The translations under genes were made by a program, and so were the position numbers. DNA of 64,000 nucleotides. Origin: a virus. The stretch is taken from IMG/VR virus record IMGVR_UViG_3300023106_000002, positions 1 to 64,000 of that record. One strand, written 5' to 3'. Positions 31,101 through 41,288 of the stretch are shown in pieces. Numbering within the stretch: the first letter of the stretch is position 1; every line of letters begins with the position of its first letter. The notes beneath the pieces were generated by a model. The model was not told the DNA's origin and did no database searches. It saw only the letters and a list, made by a program, of their open reading frames with translations.

Positions 31101-34100
31101 AACAATACTATTATCGATACTTACATTGGTCTTGAAAATTCAAAGAATACTTTGAATCAACAATTATCAAATTCGATGATGGCTTTTAATGAAGCAGTTA
31201 CTCCTTCACAAGCTACATTGAACAGAGAAACATTCTTAACAGATTTGCAAAAGTTATATGAAGCTGTTGATAGTGGAGAACATACTATTGCAGAAGCTAC
31301 TTTTAATTATAACAATGATCTTCAACAAACACCTGAACTTATAGATGCTTTGTTTGAACAGATGAAAAGTCGTGTAGGAAACATTAAAGATGGTAAAATA
31401 TCTAATGATACATTCGAGAAATTAAAAACTAAATTCAAAAATCAAATTGAGGACAGGAAGAAGTTGGAAAATCTTAAAGCGTTGCTTCAAGAACAAGCTA
31501 ATGTTAATGCTTTACGAACAGAAGAAGAACAAGCAAATGAAATAATCATTGCTCCTACAGTAACAATTATTGATACTGAAGCAGAAGATGATTTCAAAGA
31601 TGCATTGGTTATAGATTTAGGTAATACAGCAAATTTGTTTGAAGATGATAACTTAGGTGATCCTTCAAATGATGTTGCTGATAGTGAATTTGATTTACAG
31701 ATTGGAAACACATACAGTCCTGAGCAAATCAAAGCTATAACAGCATTTGTTAAAAAGACTGTAGAGAACATTGAAACTAAGTTAGATAGAAGACCTAGCT
31801 TCAGAGAATTTATGTCTCAAACATATAAGTATGCAGAAGATAAGAATCAAGTAAAGAAAATATTCAATGCTTCTATTGAAGGGTGGAAAGCAAATGGATA
31901 TGAAGCAGATAACTATCAGGAAGTGTATAATGATTTATTCAATCCTTTTCAAGAAGATGTTACTGCATATCTTGAAGCTGTTACTAACATGTTTGAAACT
32001 GAAGTACCAGCACAAGAAGTTACTACTTATGATGAATTAGATACCAAAACTGAAGAGATTGAAGAACAAGTTGCTAGAGTTGAACAAGTAACTGTAGCTT
32101 ATGATGAAGAGAATGTTCCAATAGTAAGAACTATTGTTGATGACATTTCTAGTCAACGTACATTAAACATTGAACCTAAGTTAGGTTTCTCAGCAATTGT
32201 ATATGATGAAGTCATTGAGAATGGCGTATTGATAAGAAAGTCAAGAGGTTCTGTATTGAACATATCACCTGATAGTCTTATTGATTTCAGAGATCTTCTT
32301 AACCCTGATACATATAAGACAGGTGATAAACTTAATATCGAAGTTGCTGATGAAAGTTTATGGTCAGGTATTACTGTATCTAATGGTAGAGATGCTAATG
32401 ATGATGTACAAACTACATCATTTGCTGCGTGGGTTTCTGAACGCGAAAAGATAGATTCTAACTTTAGAAGTTCTCAAGAGTTTAGAAATAAAATGCCAAT
32501 CTTCTATTCATCTGATGCTGGTAAAAGACTAGCCTATGTACAAGATACAGATTGGTACAATCCTTTCAATGTAGGCAATCCTTTTGGTGAAAGTAAAGAC
32601 CCTAACAATGCAACACAAGCATGGTTAGATCATATACAAGAAGGTAAGAATAATACTCAAGAACTTCGTAATAATATTGCTAGAGGACTTAAACAAGTAA
32701 CTATCAATAAACCTGAAGATGGTAAGTTCTACAAGATACCTGAAGAAGAACCATTGATTACTGTTAATGAAAGTAATCCTCAAAGCGTAATTGCAGTACA
32801 ACGTGGTACAGATTTGAATACTTCATTTGCTAATCAATTTAGTGAAGGTGTATTATTGAATACTAATTTCAAAGGTGAACGAGGATTTGATAGTAAAACG
32901 AATAGTCATACATGGATGATTAATCGTATAGGATTTACTACAAATGATAAAGGAGAAGTTGTACCAAGTTACAGAGCATATCCAGTATTACGTTTAGTAA
33001 CTAATGATCAAATTGAAACTGTTAAATGGGCATTAGCAGCACACTTGACATTGAAAGGTTGGACACAAGAGTTATCAGGAGTCAATGCAAAATATGCTAT
33101 GACTATAGATCAAGCTAAGAAGTTACAACGTGACATCAATACAAACATGTCATTTAATATTGAGAATCCAAAAGAGATTATCAACTTTATGAAAGTGTAC
33201 TTTCAAACTAAAGTTGATAGTGATATACTTGGACCATATAGAAACGCATTATTTAATACAACTGAAACACATGCTTTAATACTTCAACATACAAGTCTCA
33301 AAGCACTTGACAACAAGAACATTAAAAGCATTGTTCATATCAATAATGGAGTAGTTACTCCTTTGAATCAAAGATATGAAGAATACTTAAAGAATAACTT
33401 GCGTACCAATATCAAATCATTTGATGTGGGTACTAATGCAAAACCGGTATATGCTACAGTTATTCAACCTATTATCAATGTATCTTATACAGAAGTAAGT
33501 GAAACAATTAGTCCTAGACAAGAAGCTGCTAATGTTATCATTGAACAATTACAAGAAGAAGCTAAAGTAAATGCACCATTTGATTTATCAAAACATACTG
33601 AATTTTTAAACAGTATAGGAGTTGATATTGATTCTTTTGAACAGAGTGATGCTATGATTGATAATACAGATAAGTTATCAAACATCTTCAAATTGCCAGG
33701 GAACTTAAACATTCTTCAAGAGAAAGCTATCAGACAGTTCATTGTACATAGTATTGGTGAGAAAGCAAGTTTTGATTACAAATCATTATCTAATCCTGCT
33801 AAGATTAAAGCTGAGACTTTATCAGAACTTAAATTATTAATTAATCCTGTAGTTAAGCAGATAGAAAATTTAATCGCAGAAGTAAATGGACAAGATAATT
33901 CTACTGGTAAATACGATGTATTACTTGATGCTTATAATAGTACTCTCAAAAACATTAAAGTTGTTCAAAGTAATTTCTCATCAATCTACGAAAAAGGTTG
34001 GAAAGATGTTCAGAAACAGACTTCACTTGTCCTCAACGAAGATGAGAATATTGATGAATCAGAAGATGATGTAAATTTATCTATCAAAGATTATAACAAA

Positions 34101-37100
34101 GATTCTATTGAAGAATCAGGTAAATCAAAAGCATCATATAGATTGAGAAGATTCTTGCATAAAATACCAACTTACAATGTAGATGGTACTATTGCAAAAA
34201 CTTACTTAGGTCTTCCGCAGTATATGTCATTTAATGATGTGTACAATGAACTTAGTAAGGTACTTGCTATGGGAAGTGATGTTGTATCTGATTATAAATT
34301 GATTATTAAGAAATTAGAACAAAGTCCTTCACCTTTTATTAAAGATGTATTAAGGAAATTAGAAACTGCTGATGAACAGATCAAGAATGAATTTGTTTAT
34401 AACTTTGTTAGACATAGTTTGACTTCTAAGTTTGCTATGTTTGATATGGGTAAATCAGGTACATCATTGAAAGTATATGATACAAACTCAAATGAAGCAT
34501 CTCGTGTAATACGAGGAATATGGTTGAACAATAATAAGGCATCTGAGTTATTTACTTTGAATGGTAAACTCAATGCAGATGTAGCACAAGATTTAATTAC
34601 TGAGTATGAATCATGGGATAAGGATTATACTAAAGTACCTCAACAAGAGTTAAGAAATTGGTTAGATAAAATCGGTTATACTTTTACAGATGGAGCATGG
34701 CAACAAATATACACTAGCGGTGTATGGAATGCACAGAAACAGAATAATTTTAATGCTCTTTACACTCAAGATAAAGGTGGTTTATTTGTGCCACTTGTTA
34801 AGTATCTTAGAGGTGCAATCACAAACCCTAGTGAATTTGATTTTGATAACAAGAAAAATATATTTAGTAATCTTACTGGTGTGACAAATGCATTATCACT
34901 TGTAGAAGCACAGTACAATGCTAACTTAATTGCATTGTCATTTAGAGATTCAGGTAAGAACATATCAACTCAAGTACCTACTAAGTTTGTTACTGATATG
35001 ATTCAAAAGTTGAAAAGAAGTTTGAATGAACAAGGTAACACATACATTGATGATTTACAAGCAATCTCTTTTTCAAGTGAGTCTACTACTCTTGAGTTGT
35101 TAAAGAACAATTCTGAGTTTGCTCGATTAATGGAAATATCTCATTTAAGTTTAACTGCTGTTAAACAACGTGGTGATAATCCATCAAAAGCAGGTATTAC
35201 TGATTTAGGAGATATCGATTATGATCTTGCAGTACTTACAGGTTTCCAAGACAGAAAAGGAGTACAGTTTGGTACTGACAACAAAATCAATGGTATCCCT
35301 GTTAGAATGGCACACATGTTATTCCCTACCATGTCAGATAAGACAACAGGTCTATTTATGAGAACATCAGTATTTGATTTCTTAAAAGATAGTAACTTGT
35401 TATTTGAAACAGCAGAAGATGGTAAAGTTACAGGACTTGATGATAGTGTAAAGGATTTGCTTTTCACTCAACTTGTTATGCCTGAACTTAAACGTATAAT
35501 TAATTTTCATCAAAAAGTAAAAGCTACAAATATTAAGAATTATGATAATGGTGCTATGTTATTTCATTTCATACCAGCACTAAATACTCTTACTGATGAA
35601 AGTGGTGTCAGGTTGATTGAGAAATTAGCTACTATTGAAAACTATACAATAGAAGATATTGTTGCTCAGTATGGTAAAGCAATGAAAGATACTATTGAGA
35701 GAGTAATTAAGAAAGAAGTTGCTTTTAAAATGCAACAATGGAATGGTTATTCACGTACTGATAGAAATGGTAATGCTATACTTGATGCTAATGGTAATAC
35801 TACATCAACTATGTTTGATAATGATTACTTTACTGAAGTAGGTAAAAGTCCTTCTAAAGATTATGAAATTGGAGTATATGACTTTGTTATGAATAGTTTA
35901 CTGTTTAATGCAGAAGTATTTAAAATCTTCGCAGGAGATATAGCAAACTATAGTCAAGATAAAGTATTCAAAGAAAAAGGTGCTAAGAAGTTACCATATC
36001 AAATTGAAGAACCTTCAACTTATTTATCAATCAATAAAGAGATAGGAGTTAACTTAGGTAAACGTCTAGCACTTCTTATAGCACCTGGAAATAAAGTTGC
36101 AAACTCATACAATGAAAAATACAATCAAATCTTTTTAGAAGATGCTGTTGATATTTCAGAGAATGCTTCCTACCTTGTAAAGAACTTTTATGGTCAAAAC
36201 ATAGATGAAGAAATTGCTAAGTATAGATCATTAGAAGATGCTATTAATATTGCAGAACAATCTAAAACAGATTCTAATCCTGAAAAGATAAATAAGATTA
36301 AAGATCAAATGTTGGATATGCGTAGAGATTGGGCTAAGAGATTTCCTGATTTAGATGCTTACTTTGATATTGAATCTACTGATGCTCAAGAATATTCTAC
36401 ATGGGCAGAACACTTATCTTTAATGGAAAGAATGGGTAGAATTACTGATAGTGAAAGAAATAACATCTATAATAAGTTATTATCTTTCCAAGACTTGACT
36501 AAAGAAGAATTGAACTTAGTATTGCAACCTATTAAACCAGTACACACAGGTAGCTATATCAACCAAGACTTTGATGTTAATCAAATGGTTTATATTAAGT
36601 CATCATCTTTTCCATTGATTCCTCAACTTACTGCGGGTACTAAACTCGATGAGTTAAGAGTTGCTATGGAAACACTTGAGGTAATATCAGGAAGATATAC
36701 ACGTGCTTCTTTTCAAACTGCTAATAAAGTTGGTGCTACTAAAAAGACAGTTAATCCATTCGATTATAACTCAATTCTTGCTGGTGTCAGAGAGTATGAT
36801 GAAAACGATGTTAACTCTACAGTAAGAGTACTTGACAGAAATAACTTCAGAATTCAACAAGATGTACCTTTCAAATCAGATAAGAAGAAAACTGATACAG
36901 TATCTATGGGTACTCAGTTCTTTAAATTGTTATTTGGTGATGGTATGTATAATATTGAAGATTTTAACTTGAATGGCAGAACTGTTACAGGTAAGAAATT
37001 ATATGAACATTATAACTATCACTTTAGTGAGATAGTAAACAATAAGAAACAAGAGTTGTTTATGGACTTAGGACTTGACTCAAATGGTCAGGTATTAAAT

Positions 37101-40100
37101 CAAGTACAATTCATTAAAAGCTTACAGAATCTTTTGATTACTGAAGCTACAAGTAGAGGTTATAGTTTAAAATCATTAGCAGGATTGAAGATAGAACAAC
37201 TTCAAGCCAAAGCAGGATATTACTATGAGTTCAAAACTCCACTATGGTTATCGTCAGATAGCAACAGATATGAATCATTACTTAATGCTATTATCACAAA
37301 CAGGCTGATGAAGCACAAGATGCCAGGAAATGGATTTATTGCTGGGTCAGAAAGTGGATTTAGATATACAGAAGATCTTAATAGTGTTGATAAGTCACGT
37401 ATTATTTACTTAGATTCTTGGAATGGTAGAGAACTTCAAGGTGCTCATACAACAGATACAGAAGGAAATGTTTCATTCAATTCTGCACAAGTATTTGTAC
37501 CTGCTAAGTTTAAGAACTCAAAGAATGAATTGATTGATTTGTTTGAAGGTTTTAATAATAAAACTAAAGAAGGTAAGTATGTTTACAGAAGAGACAATGG
37601 TACATTAGGACTTAAAGAAGGTTCTATTGATAAAGAGTTAATGAATTTGTTTACATTCAGAACTCCTACATCTTCTCACGTATCAGGTTCATCTGTAGAA
37701 ATTGCAGGTATATTGCCTCCTGAAAGTGGAGACTTGATGATTGTACCTAAGAACTTTACTAAACAGAAAGGTCTTGATTATGATATTGATAAGGAGTCTG
37801 CCTATGCATTAAATCACTATGTAGATGATAATGGCGCCATTAGAGTACTTGATGGTAATGCTGTAACAGATATGTTACAGAAATATCAAAACGCTATAGA
37901 CAAGATCAACAAAGAAAGTAATGCTATTGAGAGTAAAACTCAAGCATTAACTATCTTAAAAGAGATGTCTAATAGTTCAAGATTTCCATTGAGTGAAGAA
38001 GACTTGTTAGAATTTACAAACCCTGAGATAAGTGTGCAAGACATTGCTACACGTGCTATGTGGAAATTGAAAACTAAGTTATCAGAGAATGAGTTTATCA
38101 GAACTCACTTAGTTGTATTCAATAACCCTAATCCTGTTGTACAGAACAAGATCAATAAAGTCTTATCTATTGATTTTGCAAAAGAACAAGCTGCAGCAAT
38201 TGAAAAATTAGAGGCTGAGGGAGAAAAAAATAAAATTATTGCTCAATATATCAAGCAAGGATTATCACCTCTCGAAGCAGATAAAAAGTACCAAACTGAG
38301 GCTATGGATTATACAATGCTGACTTATTCTTATCAAAAAAATAAGATGAGTTTGGGTAGTATCGGGAAGATTGCTATTGGAGTATATGCAAACTATACTA
38401 CATTCAATGGACTACTTCAACAAACTGAGGAACAAGTCTTCATGCGTAACAAAGAAGGTGATCCTACAATAATTAAGATTGGTAAATATGAAAGCAACGG
38501 TATATTAGGTGCAGAAAGAACACTTGATGGTGAGAGAACTACTGCTGAAGTATTTGCTGAAAAGGAAAATACTGCAACAGATAATGAGAAAGAACAAGTA
38601 CTTGGTAGAGTAGGTGTGAATGAATCGACTATTAATGTTGATGCTCACATGACTTTACGTGGTTTTGATAAAGATGAAAATGGAAACTCAATATCATACA
38701 TGTTACTGTCTCAACCTTTAGTTAAAGAACTTAATAAAAGACGTAAAGATAGTAAAGGTATTCTTGGTGAATATATTGATGATAACAGTCTAATCAAATC
38801 AATGATTGAATCGTTATCAAATAATACTATTACTTATATTCAATCAGGAGAAGGTATGGATTTGGAGTATTATTTCACCAATAAGTCTGACATGTCACAA
38901 GTTATTATTGATGGTGGTATGTTAAGTGGAAATAATATGCTTGATGGTATAACGTATAATGGTGAAAACTTAGATGTACAAAGAGAAGCATTCATGACTT
39001 ATATTGAACTTGAAAAAGAAGCTAAAGCAGTATCAAGCATTCAAAAAACTATCAATGTTAATACACTTGGTAAGTCAATGATTGAATCTCAATTGAAATA
39101 TGAAGGACTTAAAGTATTAGCTGAAAACAAAAAAGTATCAGGAGTTCATAATTTACTTGGTAATTTCTTAACAAAGAAACCTGAAGATGTTAACAATGGA
39201 TATTGGATAGGAGATTACTATGTAGTTCCTACTACACCTCAAGGACAGATTGTTATCAATGGTTTACATTTAGGTAATACTTTGTATAAAGACTTCTTTC
39301 CTTATCAAGATAAAGCAATACTTGATGTTGTAAACGAAATACTTTCAGCTAAAGGTAAAGATAGTGTATCAGATGCTACAATGATTGATAACTTTGAAAC
39401 CATTGTGGAAGGTATCAGAAAGTATATTAATTCTCGTCAAGGAAATAACATCTTTAATGTATCTCCTAAAGCTAAGAGATTTGATTTGTTTAAAGATACA
39501 GAAGATAATACTTCTCTTTCTACTTACATGTTAACTATACTTAAAGGAGATACTACTGGATATAAAAAAGGATTGAAGTTCTTGAAAAATAATTCATTGA
39601 TTAAAAGCTTTACTTATGATACTGGTATTGGTAACAATGAAGTATCTACTATTAAGTATAACAATGCTGCTACTGATAACTTAGATGAAGAAGATTTATA
39701 CAATGCAATACCTGAATTAGTATTAGCTAATTTACCATTGCCTGAAAGAAATGGACAACCATATTCTACTATGCAACTTGCAGAAGATTTGGTAGCATAT
39801 TCATTCCTTGAAGGAGGTGTACAAGAAGCTACTCAGTTTATCAAGTATGTACCTGTTGAGTTCTTAGAATCAATTGGGCAGATGGAAAATGATGTATTTG
39901 TACCAGCAAACAGAAAACTTCAGGGATTTAACTCCAAGAAGAATAGTGGTATTAATATTTTTGCTATAGCATTAGGAATGAAAGAAAATGAAACAAGTAC
40001 ATTTACTAAGCAGTACTTTCAACACAATCCTTCAGATGCTGCAAGGGTTTCATTTAAAGATACTCGTGGTCAAAGTAGTTTCAAATACGTAAACACTATT

Positions 40101-41276
40101 GGTAAAAGTCCTTCTTTTGTTAGCATGAAAAACAAAGCAAAAGATGAAATGAACAAGTTCACTTTGTATCAAAACATGGGTAATGGTAATTATCAAGAGA
40201 TTGATACACTTGGTAACTTTGGCATCAGTGAATATGAATATAAAAATGATGCGGTTGCTTCATTAATGACTAATAAAGTTAATGTTACTCCTGTAGCTAG
40301 TGTACAAGAAACAGAACTTGCTGATCCATCTATTACTACTGCATTGAATATTGATAACAATACTTCGATTAAAGCAATACTTGGACAAATATCATCAATG
40401 AATTTTGCTCCTGAGTATGCTCACTTATCTACTGCTGCTGAATGGTTAGCACCTTTAGCTAAAAATAAAGGAGTATTTAGTTTTGATAATACTATTCGAG
40501 GAGCAGGTTTAGCAATGAGAGAAAGTCTTGATATAAGATTAAATCCTTCAATGACTATTCAAGAGAGTGATGAAAAAACAGCATTGATATTCTTACATGA
40601 ATTTATTCATACTGTAAGTACTAATGAGTTATTACAATACTTTAACAATGATGGTTTAACATTGAAAGAAGGTTTAACAGTACCTTCTTATGTTTCAAAC
40701 TTGTTAACAGTATTTAATGAGTTCAGAAGATTACATTCATCTGAAATCAATCTCTTGGTTAATAAGATGAATGGTAAAACAGATGCATCATTGAGTAATG
40801 AGTTTAGTGATAGAGAGAAAAATGTTATATATGCAGGTACAAATATATTTGAGTTTGTAACAGTTGCTATGACATCTCCTATGTTCCAAGAAGAGATGAA
40901 TAAAGTGTCATATAAGAAATCAGGTTTATCATTAATTGAAAAACTTAAAGATGCCTTGATGAGATTATTTAAACATATCTATCCAAACATTGCTGAGAAC
41001 TCAGTTGCAGAAGCATCTATTTTAGCATCTTTGGATTTTGTTCAAGAAGAAGCTAGTAAACGTAGAAGTATTGAACAAGAAGACTTGTTGCCTGCTGATA
41101 TTATGTATGAACTTGAAAGAGAAGATGCTGAAAGACTTCAATATGGAGGATTGACAGAACCTGATATAGTCAATGATGTTGAATTATCAGACCCTGATAG
41201 TCAAAATATTACAGGAGAAACTATCGATTTAATGATTGATAATTTAGAAAATTTGCCTAACTTTGAACCATGCTAA
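28179..41276 (+). CDS. Virion-packaged DNA-dependent RNA polymerase polyprotein
   Basis: 4365 aa; TDAQEY, FRTPTS and catalytic GLDYDIDK (37776-37790), TDNEKE; C-terminal zincin-like LHEFIH (40596-40610). Confidence 0.9.
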   Translation: MLQPKLFNRKLAEIQGKSQSGLSIESAAGAVGLDQEEINSSDTRYGNVDATILSQFMSTADKQALDYQNSVAKQEIDLVNKKEVDDAVKQLDDTDKTIKELESNKDNYDTITNPLEVSSIGPKSTLGSQKIKPEVQQQIDALKSQKAELATQFEGHPELENITQKIATLENKYRNYKGAQTDTDFTSNPFMWAQEGVQNTTANIVNAFTNPEKSMTPKEKIEYNKLISQRDTFYKPIAAKKAQERENEAINLGAALYEANTSGGRTVGDRIRLFTAKRKAELSKQELDAYINGEGGSDAFFRKLGMYTASSQGGGAEDAVQNISDYVFKNELQEKSDKVGYDNLSKEEKDLLYTYASTDEDKSFLADKQKWSYGLVDQTMHSMGFVRDIVLADALSGGLLTAVLPEGSAALGAGRIALEAGARARRGGMLQIGGARVAANVVATGAKAARFGASTLLQNHMNPEYLNNEMMKGSYVERDEDGNVKNILVKDGYYNYMKDVYKDTAIAYDTEAKQLEQKENKTAEDQERLNYLQVKLGITNDVGEHSLAEELETFKPLSGASAELAAFGKMGSERIAEIYTEKLLRGLGKQVVKLPGVGKYATKLETKLNDVNSAFKNTKVGRLYNSLSANTRRVLNDGNGNPIVNSLPTEVIEEYVTAGLNSVQDRDLKELHDMFDVQANVDIAAQTFLMTSMFGLSGNVQTNSKLMLNKLANKRISEAEARVKSMDKTSPEYADKVAELEELKKNPYVGSSAVKLIAGTDDASFQGTRNYIDTRNQVRNSIKELKAANQDSDVNRIVDLMSTSGFSSSEIKTKIAALKAEGKDKEAKSLESTMFQTLVFDAFKGGVQDELQTALGKMQKNTKLSEDTRLAANKAEQNLDALSKVYERYKDKPNIGAITNFAYEKLVLRQGADEVSTEQANISEQVNDEIKAYTQATGNYPPAGTSLSNMFTATFEDATQQARYDKFLDGLLNYNNTIIDTYIGLENSKNTLNQQLSNSMMAFNEAVTPSQATLNRETFLTDLQKLYEAVDSGEHTIAEATFNYNNDLQQTPELIDALFEQMKSRVGNIKDGKISNDTFEKLKTKFKNQIEDRKKLENLKALLQEQANVNALRTEEEQANEIIIAPTVTIIDTEAEDDFKDALVIDLGNTANLFEDDNLGDPSNDVADSEFDLQIGNTYSPEQIKAITAFVKKTVENIETKLDRRPSFREFMSQTYKYAEDKNQVKKIFNASIEGWKANGYEADNYQEVYNDLFNPFQEDVTAYLEAVTNMFETEVPAQEVTTYDELDTKTEEIEEQVARVEQVTVAYDEENVPIVRTIVDDISSQRTLNIEPKLGFSAIVYDEVIENGVLIRKSRGSVLNISPDSLIDFRDLLNPDTYKTGDKLNIEVADESLWSGITVSNGRDANDDVQTTSFAAWVSEREKIDSNFRSSQEFRNKMPIFYSSDAGKRLAYVQDTDWYNPFNVGNPFGESKDPNNATQAWLDHIQEGKNNTQELRNNIARGLKQVTINKPEDGKFYKIPEEEPLITVNESNPQSVIAVQRGTDLNTSFANQFSEGVLLNTNFKGERGFDSKTNSHTWMINRIGFTTNDKGEVVPSYRAYPVLRLVTNDQIETVKWALAAHLTLKGWTQELSGVNAKYAMTIDQAKKLQRDINTNMSFNIENPKEIINFMKVYFQTKVDSDILGPYRNALFNTTETHALILQHTSLKALDNKNIKSIVHINNGVVTPLNQRYEEYLKNNLRTNIKSFDVGTNAKPVYATVIQPIINVSYTEVSETISPRQEAANVIIEQLQEEAKVNAPFDLSKHTEFLNSIGVDIDSFEQSDAMIDNTDKLSNIFKLPGNLNILQEKAIRQFIVHSIGEKASFDYKSLSNPAKIKAETLSELKLLINPVVKQIENLIAEVNGQDNSTGKYDVLLDAYNSTLKNIKVVQSNFSSIYEKGWKDVQKQTSLVLNEDENIDESEDDVNLSIKDYNKDSIEESGKSKASYRLRRFLHKIPTYNVDGTIAKTYLGLPQYMSFNDVYNELSKVLAMGSDVVSDYKLIIKKLEQSPSPFIKDVLRKLETADEQIKNEFVYNFVRHSLTSKFAMFDMGKSGTSLKVYDTNSNEASRVIRGIWLNNNKASELFTLNGKLNADVAQDLITEYESWDKDYTKVPQQELRNWLDKIGYTFTDGAWQQIYTSGVWNAQKQNNFNALYTQDKGGLFVPLVKYLRGAITNPSEFDFDNKKNIFSNLTGVTNALSLVEAQYNANLIALSFRDSGKNISTQVPTKFVTDMIQKLKRSLNEQGNTYIDDLQAISFSSESTTLELLKNNSEFARLMEISHLSLTAVKQRGDNPSKAGITDLGDIDYDLAVLTGFQDRKGVQFGTDNKINGIPVRMAHMLFPTMSDKTTGLFMRTSVFDFLKDSNLLFETAEDGKVTGLDDSVKDLLFTQLVMPELKRIINFHQKVKATNIKNYDNGAMLFHFIPALNTLTDESGVRLIEKLATIENYTIEDIVAQYGKAMKDTIERVIKKEVAFKMQQWNGYSRTDRNGNAILDANGNTTSTMFDNDYFTEVGKSPSKDYEIGVYDFVMNSLLFNAEVFKIFAGDIANYSQDKVFKEKGAKKLPYQIEEPSTYLSINKEIGVNLGKRLALLIAPGNKVANSYNEKYNQIFLEDAVDISENASYLVKNFYGQNIDEEIAKYRSLEDAINIAEQSKTDSNPEKINKIKDQMLDMRRDWAKRFPDLDAYFDIESTDAQEYSTWAEHLSLMERMGRITDSERNNIYNKLLSFQDLTKEELNLVLQPIKPVHTGSYINQDFDVNQMVYIKSSSFPLIPQLTAGTKLDELRVAMETLEVISGRYTRASFQTANKVGATKKTVNPFDYNSILAGVREYDENDVNSTVRVLDRNNFRIQQDVPFKSDKKKTDTVSMGTQFFKLLFGDGMYNIEDFNLNGRTVTGKKLYEHYNYHFSEIVNNKKQELFMDLGLDSNGQVLNQVQFIKSLQNLLITEATSRGYSLKSLAGLKIEQLQAKAGYYYEFKTPLWLSSDSNRYESLLNAIITNRLMKHKMPGNGFIAGSESGFRYTEDLNSVDKSRIIYLDSWNGRELQGAHTTDTEGNVSFNSAQVFVPAKFKNSKNELIDLFEGFNNKTKEGKYVYRRDNGTLGLKEGSIDKELMNLFTFRTPTSSHVSGSSVEIAGILPPESGDLMIVPKNFTKQKGLDYDIDKESAYALNHYVDDNGAIRVLDGNAVTDMLQKYQNAIDKINKESNAIESKTQALTILKEMSNSSRFPLSEEDLLEFTNPEISVQDIATRAMWKLKTKLSENEFIRTHLVVFNNPNPVVQNKINKVLSIDFAKEQAAAIEKLEAEGEKNKIIAQYIKQGLSPLEADKKYQTEAMDYTMLTYSYQKNKMSLGSIGKIAIGVYANYTTFNGLLQQTEEQVFMRNKEGDPTIIKIGKYESNGILGAERTLDGERTTAEVFAEKENTATDNEKEQVLGRVGVNESTINVDAHMTLRGFDKDENGNSISYMLLSQPLVKELNKRRKDSKGILGEYIDDNSLIKSMIESLSNNTITYIQSGEGMDLEYYFTNKSDMSQVIIDGGMLSGNNMLDGITYNGENLDVQREAFMTYIELEKEAKAVSSIQKTINVNTLGKSMIESQLKYEGLKVLAENKKVSGVHNLLGNFLTKKPEDVNNGYWIGDYYVVPTTPQGQIVINGLHLGNTLYKDFFPYQDKAILDVVNEILSAKGKDSVSDATMIDNFETIVEGIRKYINSRQGNNIFNVSPKAKRFDLFKDTEDNTSLSTYMLTILKGDTTGYKKGLKFLKNNSLIKSFTYDTGIGNNEVSTIKYNNAATDNLDEEDLYNAIPELVLANLPLPERNGQPYSTMQLAEDLVAYSFLEGGVQEATQFIKYVPVEFLESIGQMENDVFVPANRKLQGFNSKKNSGINIFAIALGMKENETSTFTKQYFQHNPSDAARVSFKDTRGQSSFKYVNTIGKSPSFVSMKNKAKDEMNKFTLYQNMGNGNYQEIDTLGNFGISEYEYKNDAVASLMTNKVNVTPVASVQETELADPSITTALNIDNNTSIKAILGQISSMNFAPEYAHLSTAAEWLAPLAKNKGVFSFDNTIRGAGLAMRESLDIRLNPSMTIQESDEKTALIFLHEFIHTVSTNELLQYFNNDGLTLKEGLTVPSYVSNLLTVFNEFRRLHSSEINLLVNKMNGKTDASLSNEFSDREKNVIYAGTNIFEFVTVAMTSPMFQEEMNKVSYKKSGLSLIEKLKDALMRLFKHIYPNIAENSVAEASILASLDFVQEEASKRRSIEQEDLLPADIMYELEREDAERLQYGGLTEPDIVNDVELSDPDSQNITGETIDLMIDNLENLPNFEPC
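41236..41265 (+). promoter_or_regulatory. Putative host sigma-A promoter inside the vRNAP 3' end
   Basis: TTG 41236-41238, 19-nt spacer, TAACTTTG 41258-41265, 23 nt before the next ATG. Confidence 0.5.
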
Positions 41277-41288
41277 CTAAATAAAATT

